64,000 nt of DNA from Bacteroidales bacterium (GTDB taxonomy: Bacteria > Bacteroidota > Bacteroidia > Bacteroidales > FEN-979), in the NCBI GenBank assembly GCA_023231065.1, contig JALNWE010000002.1, positions 30,952 to 94,951 on the forward strand. The letters run 5' to 3'. A model generated the notes under the pieces. It was not told the origin of the DNA. It searched no databases and worked only from the letters and a program-made list of their open reading frames with translations. This document shows, in pieces, positions 28,209-37,201 of this stretch (the stretch's first letter is position 1; every line of letters begins with the position of its first letter). The translations under genes and the position numbers were made by a program.

Positions 28209-28763
28209 ATGACAGAAGAGATCATTATAGCCGGATTTGGTGGACAAGGTGTCTTGTCCATGGGTAAAATTTTAGCCTATTCGGGCGTTATGCAAAACAA
28301 GGAGGTGAGCTGGATGCCTTCTTACGGCCCGGAAATGAGGGGTGGAACAGCCAATGTTACCGTGATCATCAGCGACGAAAGAATTAGTTCTCCCATCCTG
28401 AATGCTTTCGACACGGCTATCCTCCTCAACCAGCAATCGATGGATAAATTTGAGAGGACCGTAAAACCCGGCGGGCTCCTGATCTATGACCCCAACGGGA
28501 TCACGCGCTCCCCTGAACGGAAAGATATCAATATCTATTCGATCGAAGCAGCCGATGAAGCCGCGAAGCTAGGACTTTCCAAGGTTTTTAACATGATCGT
28601 CCTGGGCGCTTTCCTGAAACTGAAACCCTTGGTAGGGCCCGAATACCTGCACAAAGGATTAGAAAAATCATTACCTGCCCGTCATCACAAGATGATCCCT
28701 GAAAACGAAAAAGCAGTCGAGATTGGCAAGAACCTTCTGAAACCGGTACTGGTACTGAGCTAA
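28209..28763 (+). CDS. 2-oxoacid:ferredoxin oxidoreductase gamma subunit
   Basis: 184 aa. Contains IIIAGFGGQGVLSMGKILA and the SYGPEMRGG motif. Confidence 0.9.
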   Translation: MTEEIIIAGFGGQGVLSMGKILAYSGVMQNKEVSWMPSYGPEMRGGTANVTVIISDERISSPILNAFDTAILLNQQSMDKFERTVKPGGLLIYDPNGITRSPERKDINIYSIEAADEAAKLGLSKVFNMIVLGAFLKLKPLVGPEYLHKGLEKSLPARHHKMIPENEKAVEIGKNLLKPVLVLS

Positions 28764-28823
28764 GACCAATGACGATGGGAAGGGATGATATGGAATCAAT
28801 GAAAAGTAGCCTCAATTAAAATA

Positions 28824-28858
28824 AATGGTCAATGGTCAATGGTCAATAGTCAATGATC
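28824..28858. repeat. Heptamer tandem array (AATGGTC)x3 AATAGTC AATGATC, the reverse complement of the ATTGACC/ATTGACT array at 1568..1616
   Basis: Read from the sequence. On the minus strand it reads TGA TC ATTGACT ATTGACC ATTGACC ATTGACC, starting at the stop codon of gene 28857..31799. Confidence 0.95.
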
Positions 28859-31799
28859 ATTCGCTATCCGGCTCTTTATCCCCAATATCAGTTTCCTTTG
28901 CATTCTTCAATTTCATCTTCAGGTCGGCCGGCATTTCATCTGAATATTCAGTTTCCTCAACCTGAGCGTCAGAACTGCCCCGGCCATATTTTAGTTTCGG
29001 ATTATCGGTTGTTCCCAGCGCCCGGAGCGGGATCCCAAAAATGCCCAGAGGTGGGAGGCCGATGCGCATTTTCAGGCTTAACTGACCATTAAAATTGGTT
29101 GTCCCCGATACTTTCAGGCGGAAACCGGCGATCTTCATTTTGGTCTGTTCCAGGGTAATGACATTGTTCAAGATGGTTGTCTTTAGATCAACTTTAGAAA
29201 GATCCGGGTTTTTAAGTTTTTCCTTTTCCGTGTTTTTACTGATCACCGTGAACAGTTTTAAGCCCATCACTTTCACCTTTTTAAGGGAGATAACCCCTCC
29301 TCCTTCCAGGGAAGGGAATACTGGGTTCATTCCGGCAATGAGCTCTCCTTTCAGACTGTAATCCAGCGAGATGATCCCTTCGGCATGGGCAGCTGCAGAG
29401 GCAAGCTCACGAAATAAGGCGATTTCGGTATAAGCTCTTTTTACGTCGAAATCATTCGCGGTTACATGGAAATCGAAAAATGCCCGGGATGGATTCATAC
29501 TTCCATAGGACGCGTCCATCCCTACCTGCGTTCCAACCAGCGTAAACTGCATCCCCTTCAGCAGGACCATACCATCCCGGATTTCGGCCGCGGCTACAAG
29601 ATTTTGGATATCAACTCCCCGGAACCGAATCCTCTTCAGGTTGGCCTGCAATCCGATCTCCAGGGTGGACGGAATCACAATAACGCCTTCCGTTACCGGA
29701 CTGTCAACCGGTTTTGATAAGGCCGTTGCAGGTTTGGAGGATGGGCTATTGGTACCAGAAACCGGCTGGTTTGTTTCGACCGGGGCCATGAATTCATCCA
29801 CAAAAAGATAGCTGGAAGTAAAACTGAAATTGCCTTTCAGTTTTTGCTTATCCGAAAGCACATAATTGACCACGTTCTTCAGGTGACCGTCCAAACGGAT
29901 GTCAGAACTTCCGTATTTGGCTATGAATCTCTCAAACCAGATGTTGTCGTTGTCAAACCTGAAGACACCATCGCGTAGGACGATCTTTTTAGGTAGGTTT
30001 TCCGATGTAAAACCGATGTTACGCAGGATCAAGCTCCCTTTGTTGTGGAGACGCTCATAATGACCGGCCATGGCATCATGCTGCAAACCTTTCAGGATAA
30101 GGTCAGCTTCGATATGGCCGTCAAGGTCCAACCCTTTTTGTGCAAAAACCTTGTATATCCTTGCTATATCCAAAATCCCTTTGGCTTTCACTTGATATGA
30201 AACGTTACCGGGATTTTTAATATCTGCATTGATTTCAAAGGGATTCTCTTCAAAAAGGAAAGTCAGTGGCGCTAATGTAACCCGCGTATCTTTTAGGTCC
30301 CCGGTACCATTGGTGATGGTGGCAGAGACATTGATCTTTTCGATCGGGTGAGGATAGAATTTGGTCTGGACGATCCCTTCTTTCAGGTTAAGAAGGATTG
30401 TTGAAAGTGGAAAGAGTTTTTTTTCCGGGGCATATTTACCGTTAACATTCGCATCAACATCAAGGATACCAGACAGCTCGAGACTGTCCATCGGGATCAC
30501 CTGTTTAAGCTCAGCCAGGTTGCAAGAGGTCTTCAGGATCGCTTCTACCGGAAAATCCACCATGCTTCTCAGATGGAAAGCTCCTTCTATCTTGTTTTTC
30601 AGGAAGCCGGCTTTCAGTTTTTCAAGGCTGACCCAGGTATGCCGGTAATTGTTATCGGGCGTCCCGGCATTCAGGTCAAACGAAATATTTGTCAATGCTT
30701 GTGGAAGGCCGCGATATTTCAGGTACCCGTTTGTAAGTCTCGAAGAAACGGTAAATTTTGGAATACTGCTGATGCCATCCACGTCACTTTCATAGATACC
30801 CTCCGCGTTTAGATTGAAATTGAACATCCCCCGGAGGTCAACCATGTCAAGCCCAATGGCTTTGCTCCATTTTGCAAGATCGAGCGACGTATTGATTCTT
30901 GCGAAAATATAAAGCTGGTCGGTACTGTTCAAACGAAAAGCGGCGCTGAAAACCTCATTGTTATATATCGATAGCAAACGGAGATTCAGGGAATATCCAT
31001 CTTTTAGAAAATTGAACCGACCGTTGAAGTTGACTGGCATATCCTTGATTTTCAGATCGTTTTTCTCAAGAAAGACATTCAGGTTATTTGTATTGATCTT
31101 CGTTGTTAATTTTGCCTCCAGCGGTTTTGAACGTATAATGTTCCGGTGGTTGAACTGAAGATTAAAAGAATCAACCTGAATATCAGATTTCAAGGATAAA
31201 ATATCCTTGCTGAGCTGGCTCTTCCCTTTGTAATTAAACCCATTTACCGTAATATTAAGCGGAATGGAAGGATCATCATAGATAAACCGGCAATTTGAAA
31301 AATTGATGTCCTCAATATTGATTTCAGCGCTGCCCGCAACAGAAGTATCTGTTTTGGCCGCCACCGTATCCGTCAGTTGATAGACATCAAAATTATTGGC
31401 GCCCGCCTCATTATAGCGGATTTCGATCCGGGCACGGTCAAGGAAAACACGGTTAATTTCAATTGTCTTTCCGAACAGGCTCATCACATCCACACCAAAT
31501 GAGACTTCCTTTGCAACGACCAGGGTATCTTTTTCAAACGGGGATGATCCCTTGAGCGAAAAATCTTTCAACCTTAAAGTAAGATGTGGAAAATGTTTGA
31601 AGAAGGAGAGCTCCATATCCGAAAAATTAAGCTCGGTTTTCAAATGGCTGTTGGCAACACTCCTGACCGCATTGGCGACCTTGTTTTTAAACAGGAACGG
31701 AAAAGCGGTCAGAAAAATCAGCACGATAAAAATCGCGATAACAAAGCCGAGAAGAATTTTCGAGAAACGTTTCATAACAGGAAAAATTACGAATGGCAA
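28857..31799 (-). CDS. AsmA-family large envelope protein
   Basis: 980-aa ORF whose likely start is M9 at 31775 (MKRFSKILLGFVIAIFIVLIF TM anchor). It is long and beta-rich, with repetitive strand segments and an acidic C-terminal tail. The architecture is typical of AsmA/TamB-like proteins. Confidence 0.6.
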   Translation of the reverse strand: MPFVIFPVMKRFSKILLGFVIAIFIVLIFLTAFPFLFKNKVANAVRSVANSHLKTELNFSDMELSFFKHFPHLTLRLKDFSLKGSSPFEKDTLVVAKEVSFGVDVMSLFGKTIEINRVFLDRARIEIRYNEAGANNFDVYQLTDTVAAKTDTSVAGSAEINIEDINFSNCRFIYDDPSIPLNITVNGFNYKGKSQLSKDILSLKSDIQVDSFNLQFNHRNIIRSKPLEAKLTTKINTNNLNVFLEKNDLKIKDMPVNFNGRFNFLKDGYSLNLRLLSIYNNEVFSAAFRLNSTDQLYIFARINTSLDLAKWSKAIGLDMVDLRGMFNFNLNAEGIYESDVDGISSIPKFTVSSRLTNGYLKYRGLPQALTNISFDLNAGTPDNNYRHTWVSLEKLKAGFLKNKIEGAFHLRSMVDFPVEAILKTSCNLAELKQVIPMDSLELSGILDVDANVNGKYAPEKKLFPLSTILLNLKEGIVQTKFYPHPIEKINVSATITNGTGDLKDTRVTLAPLTFLFEENPFEINADIKNPGNVSYQVKAKGILDIARIYKVFAQKGLDLDGHIEADLILKGLQHDAMAGHYERLHNKGSLILRNIGFTSENLPKKIVLRDGVFRFDNDNIWFERFIAKYGSSDIRLDGHLKNVVNYVLSDKQKLKGNFSFTSSYLFVDEFMAPVETNQPVSGTNSPSSKPATALSKPVDSPVTEGVIVIPSTLEIGLQANLKRIRFRGVDIQNLVAAAEIRDGMVLLKGMQFTLVGTQVGMDASYGSMNPSRAFFDFHVTANDFDVKRAYTEIALFRELASAAAHAEGIISLDYSLKGELIAGMNPVFPSLEGGGVISLKKVKVMGLKLFTVISKNTEKEKLKNPDLSKVDLKTTILNNVITLEQTKMKIAGFRLKVSGTTNFNGQLSLKMRIGLPPLGIFGIPLRALGTTDNPKLKYGRGSSDAQVEETEYSDEMPADLKMKLKNAKETDIGDKEPDSE

Positions 31800-31893
31800 A
31801 TGACGATCTGAGAAGGTTCAGCCCGATTCACCATCATGATCAATTCCATAAAAGTAATGATAATCTTCGCAAAGTAATTCCTGAAAAAATATT

Positions 31894-31901
31894 TATCTTT
31901 G
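31894..31901 (+). promoter_or_regulatory. -7 promoter box TATCTTTG immediately upstream of the small proteolipid gene
   Basis: Exact TAnnTTTG match ending 4 nt before the ATG at 31906, which implies a leaderless or near-leaderless mRNA. Confidence 0.4.
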
Positions 31902-31905
31902 AAAC

Positions 31906-32058
31906 ATGGGATGTCTGAGGGCGCTACTTTGTATTCTTTTCCCTCCCCTCGCGGTGTTGGATCGCGGGTGTGGCGCTATTTTACTGGTATTTCTGCTCAC
32001 CCTGTGCGGTTGGATCCCGGGGGTGATCGCGGCGATATTATTCAATACCAGAGATTAG
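31906..32058 (+). CDS. YqaE/Pmp3-family small hydrophobic proteolipid (not in ORF track)
   Basis: Manual translation gives MGCLRALLCILFPPLAVLDRGCGAILLVFLLTLCGWIPGVIAAILFNTRD (50 aa). This matches the family pattern LPPLxV....G.....L..LLTL.G.IPG.IHA. Confidence 0.7.
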   Translation: MGCLRALLCILFPPLAVLDRGCGAILLVFLLTLCGWIPGVIAAILFNTRD

Positions 32059-32065
32059 CAAGCTT

Positions 32066-34210
32066 TTAATGCACCCCCATCTCATCCAGGATAAACCCTG
32101 CCTTGCCAAGTTTTTCCGTAATGAACATGACATAGTGGATATCAACGGCAATACACCGTTGAAGTTTCAGATCATATTGCCAGTCGCTGATCATCGCTTC
32201 ATAATTTCCATCAAAGGCAACGCCAATTAATTGTCCTTTGGCATTGAGGACAGGGCTCCCACTGTTTCCCCCGGTGATATCACACTGGCTGAGGAATGCT
32301 ACCGGGATATCTTTCATGGCAGGATTAGCCCACTTCCCGAAATCCCTTTTCTTGTAAAGCTCTACCAATGTCCGTGGGGCATCGAAAGGTTCTATACCTG
32401 AGTCTTTTTCCACAACTCCTTCAAGGGTGGTGAATGGATCATACCAGACCGCATCCCGGGGCTTATAACCCTTGACATTGCCCCAGGTAAAACGGATGGA
32501 ACTATTGGCATCGGGATACATTCCGGTCCCTTTCCATTCATAGAGGCCATCCATATAAACTTTACGCAACTCTGTTACGTTGTTGCCAAACTTTTGATTG
32601 ATATTCTGAATATCGGTGGCCATGGGATCAATACTGTAAGCCATCTTTATAAAAGGATCATTAAGCGTTTCAAGATCTTTGGCGCTCATGGCCAAAATGG
32701 TTTTCGCATAAGCCATATCCCCCAGTTTTGATGTCTTAAATGCGTTGTCAACAAACTGTTCTATGGAAATAGAAGGATCGCTGAAAACATATTCCAAGCC
32801 GGTGATCCTTTGGTTGGAAGGCAACTCTTTCGCCATTTTCAGGGCCCTTACCATCAATGCTTTTTCAACCGGTTCGAAATAATTGGGATAGGTATACTGC
32901 AAACCGTCGATGGCTCCTTCAACAGTCTTCTCTGAAAATCCAGGATCGCGTTCACTTTCTGGTTTGTCTTTCTGCTGCGCGAGGTAAATGGCCTGCTGGG
33001 CTATCGCTAAAGGAGTACCTGCCAATCCCTGAAAAATACCGAAGACGTTATCCCTCTCTCTGGTGCCTTCCAGAACTGTATACTCCGCTTTTTCGCGTTG
33101 CAGGATATCCCCATACCGGGCCTTGGTCACTGGTTTGCTGTTGGCCCAGGTTACGAATTCCTTTTCGAAAGCCAGCTTTTTTTCATAAAAGTTGGTTTTC
33201 CTCATCCCATCCACCTTCCCCTGGTAATTTTTCATGACATTGGCCAATCCCTTTTTCAAACTTGCTACCTTGATCTCCCCGTCGTGGTTGTTCTTTGTCT
33301 TTTCATCCAGCAACTCGATGATCTCCCCGTAGTTTTTAATTGCAAAGGGATAGTTGATGGTTTCGTTCCAATGTACAGAAGTGGAAGAGCGATAACGGGT
33401 GGTTTGCCCCGGGTAACCGATGATAAAAGTAAAATCACCTTCTTTGAGGAACCCATCTGCCACTTTTAAAAATACAACAGGATGGTATGGAACATTATTT
33501 TCGTTGTATTCCTTTCCGGTCCCATCAGGCGACACATATACGCGCATGAAGGAAAAATCGCCGGTATGCCTTGGCCACATCCAGTTATCAGTTTCACCGC
33601 CATAATTACCTACCGACATCGGAGGCGCATAGACGATGCGGATGTCTTTAAAGGTTTTATAAACATACTGTATGTATTGTTTCCCATTGTAATTGGAAGC
33701 TATATAAACGCTGACATCTTCTTTCCCGTTTTCTAAAGCATTGGACATGGCTGCGATTTTGGCATTGATCCTTTTGGCTTTTTCCGAAGGATCGGTAATT
33801 CCGCTTGCAGTGCCCAGAACTTCAGCCGTTACATCCTTCATCCCGGTGAGCAATTGAGCCTGATACCCAGGCGCCTTGATCTCATCCGCTCGTTTAACAG
33901 CCAGAAATCCGTTTTTAAGATAGTCACTGGCAATGCTCGATGCCCGCTGAATAGCAGTAAATGCCACATGGTGATTTGTGATCAGCAAGCCATCTTTTGA
34001 GACAAATGATGCAGTTCCCCCGCCAAGCTGTACAACAGCATTGGAGATTGAAGCTTTATCCGGGTTGTAAACATCGCTGACCGGGATCTGGAGCCCTTTT
34101 TTATTCAGATCCAACTGATTAAGCTGTGATAACAACCACATGCCTTCCTGACCATTACCCTTAAGGATAAAAATCAGCAACAACGTAAAAATGATGGTAA
34201 CCTTTTTCAT
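32066..34210 (-). CDS. S46-family dipeptidyl-peptidase (DPP7-type)
   Basis: 714 aa. A signal peptide is followed by EGMWLLSQL, and the catalytic Ser motif is TGGNSGSPVLNAKGQLIGVAFDGN. The residue 18 positions after the catalytic Ser is Gly, the position reported as Gly in DPP7 and Arg in DPP11, if the alignment is gap-free. Confidence 0.85.
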   Translation of the reverse strand: MKKVTIIFTLLLIFILKGNGQEGMWLLSQLNQLDLNKKGLQIPVSDVYNPDKASISNAVVQLGGGTASFVSKDGLLITNHHVAFTAIQRASSIASDYLKNGFLAVKRADEIKAPGYQAQLLTGMKDVTAEVLGTASGITDPSEKAKRINAKIAAMSNALENGKEDVSVYIASNYNGKQYIQYVYKTFKDIRIVYAPPMSVGNYGGETDNWMWPRHTGDFSFMRVYVSPDGTGKEYNENNVPYHPVVFLKVADGFLKEGDFTFIIGYPGQTTRYRSSTSVHWNETINYPFAIKNYGEIIELLDEKTKNNHDGEIKVASLKKGLANVMKNYQGKVDGMRKTNFYEKKLAFEKEFVTWANSKPVTKARYGDILQREKAEYTVLEGTRERDNVFGIFQGLAGTPLAIAQQAIYLAQQKDKPESERDPGFSEKTVEGAIDGLQYTYPNYFEPVEKALMVRALKMAKELPSNQRITGLEYVFSDPSISIEQFVDNAFKTSKLGDMAYAKTILAMSAKDLETLNDPFIKMAYSIDPMATDIQNINQKFGNNVTELRKVYMDGLYEWKGTGMYPDANSSIRFTWGNVKGYKPRDAVWYDPFTTLEGVVEKDSGIEPFDAPRTLVELYKKRDFGKWANPAMKDIPVAFLSQCDITGGNSGSPVLNAKGQLIGVAFDGNYEAMISDWQYDLKLQRCIAVDIHYVMFITEKLGKAGFILDEMGVH

Positions 34211-34626
34211 AATGACCTCCGGGATTTGTTATTATTTATTTGAGCCGATTCCAAAAACTATTTTCGCCACCAAGTCATTCAGGCGCTAAACATTAAATAA
34301 TTGAATATGTAACATTTGCATTTGTGGTAAAAGTAAATATCGGTAAACGGCAATAATTTACTGTTCTATGACGTAATTATTTTTTGAATGTTACACCTTG
34401 TTAAGTAAAATTTCTTCTGTTCTGATCTTGAATTTCAATAAACAGGATGAACCATAAACTTCTTTGGAAGACTGTGGAATTTCTCCTATTCCCCGAAATG
34501 GATATAAAACGGTTGCAAATCCATGATGCGAAACGGAAAATTCGTAAATTGGCCGTTCAGTCTTGTTAATACATTCTATTTTCATGAACTGGAACCCTAT
34601 TAAGAAAACGATCAATTTTAAAACAC

Positions 34627-36060
34627 ATGAAAAAAAACGCCCTCTTCCTCGCAGTTTTCATCTGCATTGCCCTAATAATGTTGTCACGCCCCATTGTCGC
34701 GGATCCGGTCGATAGGCCCACGGCATTATCCATTGCCTGCGCCAGGCTCCTCAGTAACAGTGAATCTGCATCCTTCTCTGTTAAAACGATCGAATTGATC
34801 CACGGAAGCGCCGGTTCCCCGCTCTTCTATTATGTCCATCTGAACCCTGATGGATTCATGATTATCCCGGCCAATGATGACCTGCCCCCGGTAATTGCTT
34901 ATGGATTCTCTGAGACAAACAGTCATAAGGAGGAATTTATCCGGTTTGTGACCAATGACCTTGAACAGCGGACCCGTTGCATCGGGAGCTTACCATCCAC
35001 AATCATCGGGAAACGCCATAAAAGCTGGGAAAACTACCTCAGCAGTAAACCTGGTCAGCCAGGGTTTCAGCAATGGCCAGAACCGGGATCGACATCCACA
35101 GGAGGATGGCTTGAAACCAATTGGACCCAGGATTATCCCTATAATACCCTTTGTCCGCTGGATCCACTCAACGGGAACCGTAGCATTGCCGGTTGTCCCG
35201 CGGTAGCCATGAGCATGATTGTCAACTTTCATCAAACCACCAACCAGGTTGTTTTCACCGATGCCGACGATTATCATCACCAATATGCAGGCCGGAATTA
35301 CTGGATCGACGATGATTACCAAACCATCGACTTTCCCTCTTTCCCCATGCTCAATGTTTATCTCGATACCCTGATGGCCCATTACCTCACTTCACAGCCT
35401 CTGACTAAAAACGATAAAGGAGCGATCGTATTTGCCTGTGGTGTTGCTGCCCGGCAGGTTTACACTTCATCGGGATCGGGAACATTTGGCGTTGACCAGG
35501 CATTCGACGCCTATCAGAAATTCAATTTCAGCGCCGCCTCGCTCCTCACCGACAGCGATACCTCTTTATATACCCATATAGCCCAGAATATCATGGATAC
35601 GCTCCCGGTACACCTTGCGGTTGTGGACCAGGGATGGACCATGGGCCATAACGTAGTTGTTGATGGATACAATACCGACAACTATTTCCATCTTAACTTC
35701 GGATGGGGCGGAGGTTACAATGGCTGGTATCTTTTACCGGATGAGATCCCATACGGGCTTACTGTGATCGAGGGTGTTATCGTTGATATTATACCTGATT
35801 TCCCGACCGATTACTTAACTCAGGGTCCCGATAACTTCTCCATCTATCCTAATCCAACGCGGGGACAGGCAATGCTTTCGACCGCATTAAAGCAGGTCGC
35901 AACACTCACTGTTTATTCTCTATCCGGCATTCAAGTCCTGCAAACAACCCTTCCCGAAGGATCGTCAACCTTTGATTTTTCAGCCTTGACGCCGGGGGTT
36001 TATCTGGTAACCGTAAGTAATCAGGGAACAACGATCCGTTCGAAACTGATCAGACTTTAA
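34627..36060 (+). CDS. C10-family cysteine peptidase (streptopain/PrtT-like) with T9SS C-terminal sorting domain
   Basis: 477 aa. It has a signal peptide, a catalytic-Cys region AGCPAVAMSMIVNFH and a His region GHNVVVDGY. The C-terminal ~80 aa (FSIYPNPTRGQAML...GVYLVTVSNQGTTIRSKLIRL) is typical of a T9SS type A CTD. Confidence 0.8.
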   Translation: MKKNALFLAVFICIALIMLSRPIVADPVDRPTALSIACARLLSNSESASFSVKTIELIHGSAGSPLFYYVHLNPDGFMIIPANDDLPPVIAYGFSETNSHKEEFIRFVTNDLEQRTRCIGSLPSTIIGKRHKSWENYLSSKPGQPGFQQWPEPGSTSTGGWLETNWTQDYPYNTLCPLDPLNGNRSIAGCPAVAMSMIVNFHQTTNQVVFTDADDYHHQYAGRNYWIDDDYQTIDFPSFPMLNVYLDTLMAHYLTSQPLTKNDKGAIVFACGVAARQVYTSSGSGTFGVDQAFDAYQKFNFSAASLLTDSDTSLYTHIAQNIMDTLPVHLAVVDQGWTMGHNVVVDGYNTDNYFHLNFGWGGGYNGWYLLPDEIPYGLTVIEGVIVDIIPDFPTDYLTQGPDNFSIYPNPTRGQAMLSTALKQVATLTVYSLSGIQVLQTTLPEGSSTFDFSALTPGVYLVTVSNQGTTIRSKLIRL

Positions 36061-36087
36061 GAGAAGCATTATCTAACCTCACCCATT

Positions 36088-36249
36088 ATGCATCAGTATA
36101 AATGTACTGTTTGTGGTTATATTTATGACCCCGGGGCCGGTGATCCGGATTCAGGGGCCGCTCCGGGAACTTCTTTTGAGGATATCCATGAGGATTGGGT
36201 TTGCCCGATATGCGGAGTGGGTAAAGATGACTTTATCCGGATTGAATAA
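36088..36249 (+). CDS. Rubredoxin (not in ORF track)
   Basis: Manual translation gives [53 protein letters not shown] (53 aa), with the canonical CxxCG...WxCPxCG motifs. Confidence 0.9.
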   Translation: MHQYKCTVCGYIYDPGAGDPDSGAAPGTSFEDIHEDWVCPICGVGKDDFIRIE

Positions 36250-36257
36250 AAGTTTTA

Positions 36258-36265
36258 TATCTTTG
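36258..36265 (+). promoter_or_regulatory. -7 promoter box TATCTTTG upstream of rubrerythrin
   Basis: Exact TAnnTTTG match, 22 nt upstream of the ATG at 36287. Confidence 0.45.
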
Positions 36266-36286
36266 TTTTATAAATAAAATAATGAC

Positions 36287-36865
36287 ATGGAAAAAAGTAT
36301 AAAAGGGACCAAAACTGAAAAGAACCTGCTTAAGGCTTTTGCCGGAGAATCGCAGGCGAAAAACCGATACACTTTCTTTTCGAAAGAAGCCAGGAAAGAA
36401 GGGCTTGAACAAATTGCCGCTATTTTTGCCGAGACGGCGTTCAATGAAGAACAACATGCCAAAATCTTCTTCCGTTTCCTTGAAGGCGGCCCGGTTGAAA
36501 TCACAGCCACTTATCCGGCTGGAATTATCGGTACAACTGCTGAAAATCTGAAAGCTGCTGCAGACGGGGAGCAGGAAGAATGGGAAATCCTGTATCCTGA
36601 TTTTGGAAAAATAGCTGCTGAAGAAGGATTTCCGAAAATAGCTACCGCCTTTAAAATGATTTCTACCGTGGAAGCCCATCACGAGAAAAGGTACCGGAAA
36701 TTATTGACGAACATGGAAAAAAACAGGGTTTTCGAAAAAGAAGAGAAAGTATATTGGATATGCCGTAATTGTGGCTATATCCATTATGGGGCCAAAGCTC
36801 TTCAAAACTGCCCGGCATGCCAACATCCATTGGCATACTTTGAACTGTGGAAAGAAAACTATTAA
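36287..36865 (+). CDS. rbr: Rubrerythrin
   Basis: 192 aa. Contains TEKNLLKAFAGESQAKNRY, di-iron ExxH motifs (EEQHAK, EAHHEKRY) and a C-terminal rubredoxin-like CRNCGY...CPACQHP. Confidence 0.93.
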   Translation: MEKSIKGTKTEKNLLKAFAGESQAKNRYTFFSKEARKEGLEQIAAIFAETAFNEEQHAKIFFRFLEGGPVEITATYPAGIIGTTAENLKAAADGEQEEWEILYPDFGKIAAEEGFPKIATAFKMISTVEAHHEKRYRKLLTNMEKNRVFEKEEKVYWICRNCGYIHYGAKALQNCPACQHPLAYFELWKENY

Positions 36866-37200
36866 TTATCAATCCCTATCCTTCAGTTCTTATTACTGCA
36901 GACGGTTCGCATACATTGTATGTTGAAGCGCTGAAAGAACCTTATCATTCGACATTTGGCGCCATCACCGAATCGCGGTGGATCTTTATTCAAAACGGCT
37001 TTCGGTTTGTCATTGACACTTTACAAGTGACCAATAAAAAATCACCTTTGTCCAGGGGAAAAGTGTCCGGTAATAACCATGCATTGAATATTCTTGAAAT
37101 AGGATTTGGGACGGGGTTGAATGCCTTGCTGACGCAAATGGAAGCCGAGAAGTTGCCTGGCCCCCCCGGAAAACGGCATATCCTCAGGACTGTCTTATAA
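36847..37200 (+). pseudogene. Truncated MnmD/MnmC-C-like tRNA (mnm5s2U34) SAM methyltransferase fragment
   Basis: 117-aa ORF with a GTG start. ITADGSHTLYVEALKEPYHSTFGAITES and the SAM motif LNILEIGFGTGLNALLT match the N-terminal half of ~220-aa MnmD proteins. The reading frame ends 1 nt before the stop of the convergent gene, and the C-terminal half is absent. Confidence 0.55.
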
Positions 37201-37201
37201 A

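Noticed and set aside
34391-34615. A 74-aa minus-strand ORF in the spacer between the two peptidase genes.
   Set aside because: It has no recognisable motif, signal peptide or promoter box, and the region is AT-rich. Retained only as a remote possibility.
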